Assembly: GCA_977030845.1 (NCBI GenBank)
Contig: OZ365116.1
Coordinates: 3,038,001-3,102,000, forward strand
From: Fimbriosthenelais zetlandica
Lineage: Eukaryota
DNA length: 64,000 nt
Direction of reading: 5' to 3'
A program made the translations under genes and the position numbers. This document shows positions 54,001 through 61,879 of the stretch, in pieces. The notes under the pieces are model-generated. The model was not told the DNA's origin. It worked only from the letters and a program-made list of their open reading frames with translations, and made no database searches. Every line of letters begins with the position of its first letter. Positions within the stretch are counted from its first letter, which is position 1.

Positions 54001-54794
54001 AAACGTCGTGGAGATACCAAACGTATCTGTTTGTAAAATAGGAATTGGTGTCCTATTCTGTGGATGTGTATATGTTCGGAATCAAATGGTTTTTTCTAAT
54101 CCGGTTCTGATTGAAATGAGCAAATGTTTTAGTGGCTTGTACTGTCTAAATTATTAGTAAGGACCGAAAATATAAAAATAACATCCTCGGTGAATAAAAA
54201 ACAATATTCATTAAAGTGCTTATGAATATGAAAAGTTTTAAGTGACGCCCACATTATTTTTTTTAAGATTAATCTTATTTCCCATACCTGCCCTCTATGG
54301 CCCTTCTTAAAGAGGGGGCTAAATGACAAGGAAAATGTTTAAAATTGTTTTAAATTTAATGTTGAGTTCAAAACACTTCCACATGTCTTGCTTTGAAGGA
54401 TAATATTTTTATTTATCCATGTATCCATGTCACAATGGTGTAGGATCGTACTGGGATGATTTACTAACATTCATAATGAATGTTTTAGTCATTTTCTTCA
54501 TCACCCCTTCACCTATCACATTCTTTCATTTCGTTTCAATGTACCCTATATTTTTCATCTAGGAAGTAACAGTGTATGTTTGTATCAAGCGGTTTTCGGT
54601 GTATCATTTTATTTTTTTGTCTTCCTCACTTCATTTCTCGATGTAATTTGATTTTATACTCGATGTAAAACTTTTAAAGAGAAATAAAGACAAAAGTCAC
54701 CAAACTATCATAGATAAATGTTTAGGACAATCCTTGATATACTACCGTTAGACAGCAGGTCGGTTCATATGGGAACCGCTGAGAACATGTTTAG

Positions 54795-54889
54795 TTCACC
54801 TCCCTGCCACTGACGTCGCCACTGTAATGGCTGCCATCTTGGATTTGAGATAACACAGGCAGTGGCGCCATCAGTGGCAGAAGGGTGAA
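54795..54889. mobile_element. 95-bp foldback element / tiny MITE
   Basis: 30-bp arms TTCACCTCCCTGCCACTGACGTCGCCACTG (54795-54824) and CAGTGGCGCCATCAGTGGCAGAAGGGTGAA (54860-54889), about 5 mismatches; the loop contains YY1-like GCCATCTTGG; no clear TSD. Confidence 0.55.
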
Positions 54890-55455
54890 TCTATGATTGC
54901 GATCGTCACCGGACATCCTTAAAAAACTTAGATAACAAATATTTAATAACCAAACACTTAACCTCTTGGTAAACTCTTGGAAAACGTCTTTTATGACCGA
55001 AAAACATGCGAGTATGGTAAACAAAATGTCACTAAATGTCTTTACTTCTCCAGGATGTCCATAGAGGGCGCCCCTAGCATAGCCTATATAATATAGGCCT
55101 TGTGATTGACCCTACTTTGAATATTATTCGCACATCTATTTGTAATTCTTCATGTGTATAGGCCTATTTAAAGTCCAGACGTGTTGGTCTAGTATTACGT
55201 ACGCAGACTTTAGCGGTATCATCAAAGACGGTATAATTGCCACATTTGAGGTAGTACTTCCTGCAGCAGGTACACGCCTGTCCTCCCCTTATACTGGCTC
55301 CACACTGAATGAAATAATCAGCACGCTGCTTCACGGCAAATAAACCAGACGGATTCTTATCGCATTTACCATCACAGGGATCTGTAAAACGATTGGAAAT
55401 ATGAGAACAATTGTATGTGATTCATATTGTAGCTTAGATATTGATCAATTATATT

Positions 55456-55480
55456 TTTATTTAGGCTACGGATATTTATT
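55456..55480 (-). terminator. Two AATAAA polyadenylation signals of the LU-like gene
   Basis: TTTATT on the + strand at 55475-55480 and 55456-55461, i.e. AATAAA on the - strand downstream of the stop at 55592. Confidence 0.55.
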
Positions 55481-55591
55481 TACTTTCTGTTTGAAAGTAC
55501 CCTCATTTTTATCTAGTTTGAGTTATGGTTATTTAGGATAGGGCTTGCTCTTCTTATAGTTCTAATTTCATTTCTAGTGCTAGGACTACTA

Positions 55592-56367
55592 TTAGGAAAC
55601 TCTTGCTTTAACTATAATTGATCTTTTTAGTGAGTTACCATAATCATCATCTGGTGGTTGATCCTGGTAGTCCTGGTCGTCCTCATAGTAATCATACGAC
55701 CCTCCATAATCACCACCATCTCCTCCATAATATTGCTGCCCATAATCAGAGTAATCAGTGTCATTGGGATCCTCATAATTGTCTCCATCACCATTTCCAT
55801 AGTCGCCTCCATCAGCCTGACCATTGCCATAGTCCGCATCATTTCCTTGACCATTTCCATAGTCCACATATCCATAGTTAGCGCCATTGCCATAGTCTGC
55901 CCCATTGTCATTGTCATTGCCATAGTCTGCCCCATTGTCATAGCCATTGCCATAATTTGCCCCATTGCCATAGTGTTCGCCATTGCCATGGTCTGCCCCA
56001 TTGCCATAGCCATTGCCATGGTCTGCACCATTGCCATAACCATTATGTTGGGCTGTTTTAGGTTGGTAAGGGTAGAGACTATAAGCCAACAATTGGCTGC
56101 CTAAATGATTATACCAGCTGTAAGGTGCCACTGGTAGACCGTAACCATAGTAACTGTTATAGTCAGCCTGCTGATTCCCACTGTCGTGGTTATTGTACTG
56201 GTTAACATGGTGATTCCCATTCTCGTGGTTATGGTACTGGTTACCATGGTTTGGGTAGTAGGAGTAGTCATAATTAGAATACTGACTACTCTCATCTGTT
56301 AGTCTTCCATCTTGATCATTCTGGGTGTCAGAGGTGGGTGGGGGGCTTCCACATCTGTCATGATCAC
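55592..56367 (-). CDS. Secreted LU-like gene exon 4 (776 nt, low-complexity tail)
   Basis: tttttgtacag|GTGATCAT; 258 open codons continuous with the ORF-track entry 55592..56131; Asn/His/Tyr-rich block, then GNG repeats, then DY-rich block, ending LKRSIIVKARVS*. Confidence 0.88.
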
Positions 56368-56565
56368 CTGTACAAAAAGGTGATCAGTTAGATTTTAAAT
56401 ACATATATATAGACTTTGAAATAAATATACAAATGGCAATAATAATGGATTTATTAATTGGAGAGAGAGACGGAGAGGAGCAGATAGAGACATGTAGATA
56501 GAGAGAGTAGATAGAGACATGTATGGAGAGAGAGGGGGAGAAAAAAGGGGAATAGAAAGAGAGGT

Positions 56566-56611
<46 letters not shown>

Positions 56612-57594
56612 AGACAGAGATAAATAGATAGAAAGGGGTGGGGGAGGGAGAGGTAAAACATAAGACTTTACCTAGCTGTCCACTGTTACAATTATCACCG
56701 TCACAGAACCACCAGAGTGAGGTATCAGGACCCTGGAACTTACAGTTGACGTATACGTTAACATCGCCAGGTAACTTCTCCCTATCAGCGCATCCTCTGT
56801 ACACCACTGCTCAAAACATGGACAAACAATTCGAGATACATTTTGAAAACACATTCCTTTTGTGAATTTCTATGAGAAATTGATAATTTATGGATGTAAA
56901 ATAGTGTGGAGTAAATAGAATATATCTTACATCCATTGAAATCTTGTCGTATAAAGCAGCGACCTTTGTCGCATGGCACGACCATCTTGTCTATTACCCC
57001 AATGCCATTGAGGCTGCAGTCGGGATATCCCACCTTCACGTAGGTGTCATTGTTAACACCTTTCATGTAACCTGACGGTGCGTAGTTACAGTCAAAACAT
57101 CCATAACCTATAACGACAAGTGATATGTATAATCTATAACAATAAATGACATCCATAACCTATAACGACAAGTGATATGTTTAATCTATAACAATAAATG
57201 ACATCCATAACCTATAACGACAAGTGATATGTATAACTTATAACAATAAATGACATCCATAACCTATAACGACAAGTGATATGTATAATCTATAACAATA
57301 AATGACATCTATATCTTATAACGACAAATATCTGTTAAGGAACAGACCTAAAGGCTAAAGTTCCATTAGTCCTACTGTTTGGTTTAATTTAACAAGTTTC
57401 TCCCGTTCTTTTCCAAGTATTAAAAGTGTAAAATGTTGATTTATATATAAGCCCTGTATGATAGTATGTTTTGTGAATGTTTTTCTTTGAGATTGAGAGT
57501 AGACCTATACTTTACCACTGGTGGTGGAAGCATCGTGCGCCCACACTGTACAGGTAAGAAACCATGTCAGCGAGATCCACGTTCTCGTCTCCAT
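55592..57594 (-). CDS. Putative secreted 388-aa protein: signal peptide, Ly6/uPAR (three-finger)-like Cys-rich domain, Gly-Asn-Tyr-Asp low-complexity repeat tail
   Basis: complement(join(57594..57516,57107..56931,56806..56672,56367..55592)) = 1167 nt, three phase-1 GT-AG introns, open throughout. Starts METRTWISLTWFLTCTVWA; Cys pattern CFDC..YPDC..PCDKGRCF..RGC..NC..FCDGDNCN; tail has GNGYGNGAD(H/Y) repeats then acidic YD-rich sequence; AATAAA signals 112 and 131 nt after the stop. The gene model is solid; the family label is inferred from the Cys pattern. Confidence 0.85.
56460..56650. repeat. GA-rich low-complexity tract with a (GA)n core in intron 3 of the LU-like gene
   Basis: Pure GA run at about 56571-56606 inside a purine-rich tract. 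Confidence 0.9.
56672..56806 (-). CDS. Secreted LU-like gene exon 3 (135 nt)
   Basis: ttgagcag|TGGTGTAC...CAGCTAG|gtaaag; (L)VYRGCADREKLPGDVNVYVNCKFQGPDTSLWWFCDGDNCNSGQL. Confidence 0.88.
   Translation of the reverse strand, partial: WCTEDALIGRSYLAMLTYTSTVSSRVLIPHSGGSVTVIIVTVDS
56931..57107 (-). CDS. Secreted LU-like gene exon 2 (177 nt)
   Basis: gtcgttatag|GTTATGG...AATGGAT|gtaaga; (G)YGCFDCNYAPSGYMKGVNNDTYVKVGYPDCSLNGIGVIDKMVVPCDKGRCFIRQDFNG. Confidence 0.88.
57097..57325. repeat. 52-bp tandem repeat (4 copies plus a decayed one) spanning the exon-2 acceptor of the LU-like gene
   Basis: Minus-strand unit GTTATGGATGTCATTTATTGTTATAGATTATACATATCACTTGTCGTTATAG; ttatag|GTTATGGATGT junctions at 57107, 57159, 57211, 57263. 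Confidence 0.95.
57516..57594 (-). CDS. Secreted LU-like gene exon 1 (signal peptide, 79 nt)
   Basis: ATG at 57594, METRTWISLTWFLTCTVWAHDASTTS, donor G|gtaaag; phase 1 matches the next exon. Confidence 0.75.
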
Positions 57595-58191
57595 CCTCGT
57601 CAAATCATGTATGAGTCCACAGTTCTCCACTCCTACCCTTGTTATCAACTGTTACCGCTTTTTTCTGGACGCTTTTTGCCCAGGTAACATCTGGCCCCAC
57701 CCCCCTCCCCTCCCTCCAAATCTCCAAATTTTGGATTCATCACAGAGGTGGGTAGAAGTGAGGTGGCAACACATGCAAATAACATGCTCAAAAATGTTTG
57801 TTACAAGTAAATTTAAAAGTAGGATAATCATTAATTTTACTTTATATATATCAAAAGTATCATGTACATCGTATCCGCAATATACTAAATATAAAACAAT
57901 CGATAAAACAGATAAGATAGATTCATAGATAAGAGAAATTAACATGGGAAGTCTCTATTTTATTTTAGATAAATTTGAATCAGCGCGAAAAAGTTATTGT
58001 TACGGCGCCAGTTTTATTGGACTCGTGATCACCAGAAATTGGGTTTGTGGAAACTTGCCAATATTAACAATAGGGGGCGCTTCACATGTGTTACTAGTGA
58101 GCTGTAGACCTAAAAATAAAACTAAACCAGCGGTCACATTGAAGTGGGGACATGTGTCTCTCTACATCGCGATCTGATAGTCAATGTATTG

Positions 58192-58368
58192 ATAGGGAAT
58201 GTATTGGGGTAGGCCTATCAGACTCATCTATTATAGGGGATATATTGGGGTAGGCCTATCAGACACGTGTACTATAGGGAATGTATTGGGGTATCAGACT
58301 CATCTACGGTAGGCCTACTATAGGGAATGTATTGGGGTATCACACGCGTCTACTATAGGGAATCTATA
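58192..58368. repeat. Imperfect 33-46-bp tandem repeat in the divergent intergenic region
   Basis: About five copies of TATAGGGAATGTATTGGGGT(AGGCC)TATCAGAC... Confidence 0.8.
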
Positions 58369-59004
58369 TGGTAAGGTATCAAGTAGGCCTATACATGTGT
58401 AGGCATACAAACAAATAATTCAATCTTAATTTATTCAAGATATGATATACAGTTTTGTTGGGTGAATCATAGCGGTGAAGGTGGCTTTATTGTAGTAGGA
58501 TGGCCAATAGGCCTAGCATTATGTAGAATGATTTGGCGCTTGGATGCGACCATCTTGCCACAACAGCTGGTCCGCTAATATTTGGCGCCAGGAGTTTAGG
58601 AATTTGATGCTGAACTCATTGAAAATCCCACCTTTTTCTGTAATAAAGCCAAACCAAATAATCTCTAAAACATACCCGTTTAAAAAAACTCAAGAATTTT
58701 CTGTGGGGGTGGGGGTTTTGGGGGGAGGGGTTGGGGATAGGGCCTAGGCCTACTAGGAGATATGAACATTGAATTTTAGCCTAATAAATGCATTCAAACA
58801 ACTCAAATAAGTCCCCTTTACCTCAAAGTTATGAAGTTAGTTATTTCCAATAGATATCATACCTAAAAACTATTTGGGGATATCTAGGCCAATGTACAAA
58901 GAGTGTAGAACTCTTTGGTAGGCCCTTTGTATATCAGTTAGTTCCCCTTGCCGCCACTGAGGGCGGCTATGTGCTAGGATGCTCCGCGAAGCATCCAGAC
59001 CAAG

Positions 59005-59091
59005 TGAAGGTCAAGGTCAGGTGAATGTCAAGGCCGGGACGGCGGGGAGTGAGTGGCAGAGATAAAACATCACTATTCTTACTGAAGGTCA
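59005..59091 (+). promoter_or_regulatory. Cluster of extended nuclear-receptor half-sites (ERRE / NR5A type) upstream of MPC1
   Basis: TGAAGGTCA 59005-59013, TCAAGGTCA 59011-59019, TCAAGGCCG 59028-59036, TGAAGGTCA 59083-59091; ERR consensus TNAAGGTCA, NR5A consensus YCAAGGYCR. Confidence 0.6.
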
Positions 59092-59103
59092 GCTCATCTC
59101 AAC

Positions 59104-59144
59104 ATGGCAGGACAACCTCTGAGTTGGGGCAAGTATTTCTTTAG
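59104..59144 (+). CDS. MPC1: MPC1 exon 1 coding part (41 nt)
   Basis: aacATGGCAGGA...TTCTTTAG|gtgagt; [13 protein letters not shown](S), phase 2. Confidence 0.85.
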
Positions 59145-61102
59145 GTGAGTACACGTCTTACATAGCTATATTCTGTAAAATTCGCCGGTAAATCAAGAAG
59201 TTTACGCAATGCCAGGGTCACGGGAGAGGCCCTCAGCCAGGCTCAGGCCCTGGCTGCAGCCTGCTGACTGTAAACTGTGGACCCCTCCTACCAGTATCAC
59301 AGAGAACCATTTATTAAACCAAGAGAGATTAAAAACATTTGCCCCCAAGTTGTCTTGAACTTGGAGGACACTGTATAGCGTAGCCATAGACATAGGGCAA
59401 TCTGTGACCAGAGACTGGCACTGGCAGTCAATGTCAATGACACTATGTCAGTATGTGCCCCCCCCCCCCCCACCCCCCAGAACCCTGACCCCAACCCCCG
59501 GACTGAGGTGGACCAGAAAAACCTGGGGATTCAGATTTGTCAGTAACAGTATCTTAATTCACCACCTCAGGAATTATATTACATTATACAGGTTCATTAC
59601 AGGAAACCATATTAAAACCTCGGGATTTCAGACTAATAGTAATAATTTTTAGGACACCTGCGGGTTGGAATTCAGACTAAGATTTTTAATTTTATATAAG
59701 CTGGGAGCACCACCCAAGTCCAAGACAAGATAATCTAACTCAACATAAATCCACGATTATATAATGAATGTTCAAGAATCAATCATGTTTTTTTTTCATT
59801 TGTGATTTCCACTCCTACAACTTCTCACTGATTGGCCGACTCTACAGCACTGTAAGTATAAAATATTCTCCTGGTATAAACTTATTTTGCTTGAAAAACT
59901 GTAGGCCTATCCGAAACACAGTTCAAAGATAAGAATATCATAGCGATATGCATGGTCTTGGCAAGTCCTCGATCGATAAAAAGACCTATTTTGGCATTGT
60001 ATTTAACACACCCATTTTGAAAAATATGCAATGCAATAGAATGTATGCATGGAATTTCTTTTGTTTGTTTTTACTGGTTTTAATTATGTCGGTCCTTTTT
60101 TTCAGCATTTCTGGGGGCCTGTAGCTAACTGGGGGTTACCCCTAGCTGCCATAGCCGATGCTCAGGATAACCCAGAAAAAATAAGTGGAAAAATGACAAC
60201 AGGTGAGTTTATCTTTCATGTATTCATCCTGGTTGGCTATAGGTGTTACTATAACATCTGACAAAAAATGAGGCGGTTTGCTGGCACATGACTTTTACCT
60301 GTATACTGAGTCATGCACCAGACATTTCCGAAACTAGTGTTCTGCTCTAGTTGGCCCTGGCCTCTCATGCTGACATGCATAATACCTTCCTTCTCTGCCA
60401 AATTTACAATGAATACACATCTGCCATATCTGTACCTATATATTTGATTTTAAAAGTGAATGTAATGCCTGTAAAATTCAAGAATATTTATTCAGCATAT
60501 TTATTTGTATATCTATATTTTAAATATATTTTGAATAAATTATATTTGATTTTAAAAGTAACCTAGATGAAATTCAAGGGCAAGACATAGATTTCTTTTT
60601 CAGCATATTTATGTGTAAACCATCAGCATGTTTTTAAGTGTATCGTTATTTTCCAGCCCTGTGTATCTACTCGGGCTTGTTCATGCGGTTCGCCTGGAAG
60701 GTGCAGCCCAGGAATATGTTACTCTTCGCCTGTCATTTCACTAATGAAATCACACAACTAGTGCAGCTTACACGATTCTTCGACTACCAGTCAGTATACT
60801 TATTTTTTTAATGCTAATCTTTAATTATCGTTAATTATCGAGGCCTCTGATTAGTTCACACCTTCATATACTTATCACCTTTCACAGTTTCTCAACCTCT
60901 AGACATTTCACTGTAATTTTACGGTCTCGTAACGTCATCTTGTCGTAATTTCTTTTAAAATCGTGACATTTTTCTTCATTTCAGTTATAGGCAAACTCCT
61001 GAGCAGCAGGCAGCCACAGTGACATTCTTTACAGAGAAGGCAGCAGCGAAGAAACTAGCGGTGGAACAGAAGGCAGCGGCTAAACAAGGGATGAAACAGT
61101 AG
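59104..61102 (+). CDS. MPC1: Mitochondrial pyruvate carrier 1, complete, 130 aa, 5 exons including a 4-nt microexon
   Basis: join(59104..59144,59848..59851,60106..60202,60657..60789,60985..61102) = 393 nt. [95 protein letters not shown]... The [12 protein letters not shown] and [19 protein letters not shown] signatures identify MPC1 rather than MPC2. Confidence 0.96.
59848..59851 (+). CDS. MPC1: MPC1 4-nt microexon (CACT)
   Basis: ctcactgat (branch-like)...tctacag|CACT|gtaagt; supplies AG+C = Ser and ACT = Thr, restoring the frame to S-T-H-F-W-G-P. Confidence 0.92.
60106..60202 (+). CDS. MPC1: MPC1 exon 3 (97 nt)
   Basis: ttttttcag|CATTTCTGG...ACAACAG|gtgagt; [32 protein letters not shown]. 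Confidence 0.97.
60657..60789 (+). CDS. MPC1: MPC1 exon 4 (133 nt)
   Basis: ttccag|CCCTGTGT...TACCA|gtcagt; (A)[43 protein letters not shown]. Confidence 0.95.
60985..61102 (+). CDS. MPC1: MPC1 exon 5 (118 nt to the TAG stop; alternative acceptor at 60991)
   Basis: catttcag|TTATAG|GCAAACT; (H)[38 protein letters not shown]. Confidence 0.8.
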
Positions 61103-61665
61103 ATGAAAAATGCCTCACTCTCTAACAGCCTCGAACTCTCAACCTTCTCACTCTCTCATGAACAGCAATCTTCGAAGAACGTCCAAACCCAGGGAAAATA
61201 TCTGCTAATTTGGTCTTTATACTCAAAACCGCCTTAATTCAAAACTTGAGATTCACATGAGTTTTCTAGATACTTTATTGGTGATTGCAAAACATATCTA
61301 AAGTAGAAATGTCAGACGGGGTTTAGGACGTGGTTTTGGATTATAACTAATTGTTTCATCGCTATGCAAATCATAATAGTATTTGTAGATTTCTGTTATG
61401 CACGAAGCCTGATGGTTAATGAGTGTTTATGAGCATTAGACAATGATCTATATGGTAATTATTGTTACTGAGATAGCTACTCTATTGTAGCTTGAATTAT
61501 GACATCTTTATATATAATTCTACACATTATATAATACTTGTACACTAGTGAAGTTATCCGTGATAGTTGGAAGTATTAATGACATTATTCACGCTTTGAG
61601 ATTGTTAATGTAACTTGGGCTTTATCAAGAATGGCGTAGATCTCTCTAATTATTAGGTAAAAATA

Positions 61666-61879
61666 CAGTCAAACCTCACTGTAGTGAACACTGTGGAACT
61701 GAGAAAAAGTATTAACTATTTGAATATATATACTGTATTCAGAGGGAGTCGTATACGACACCTCAGGAAGGTCGGACTGTGGGAAGGTGTTCACTAGATG
61801 GAGGTGTTCACTATATGGAGGTGTTCACTATATGGGGGTGTTCACTATATGGAGGTGTTCATTAATGGAGGTTTTACTG
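61666..61879. mobile_element. Tc1/mariner-pogo-type MITE with an internal 17-bp tandem repeat
   Basis: TA|CAGTCAAACCTC...GAGGTTTTACTG|TA (12-bp TIR, 1 mismatch, TA TSD); about five copies of GGTGTTCACTATATGGA at 61786-61870. Confidence 0.8.

Noticed and set aside
55618-56104. Plus-strand 148-aa Ile/Val/Ala-rich ORF, 87-aa His-rich ORF, and minus-strand 138-aa (Met-Ala)n ORF
   Set aside because: Antisense and alternative-frame shadows of the GGC-AAT-GGC-TAT repeats; only the GNG frame links by splicing to a signal peptide and Cys domain.
60049-60261. 70-aa [13 protein letters not shown]...[12 protein letters not shown] as a single-exon MPC1 start
   Set aside because: The N-terminal part is intron and polypyrimidine tract read-through; the spliced model with the microexon restores the conserved STHFW motif.
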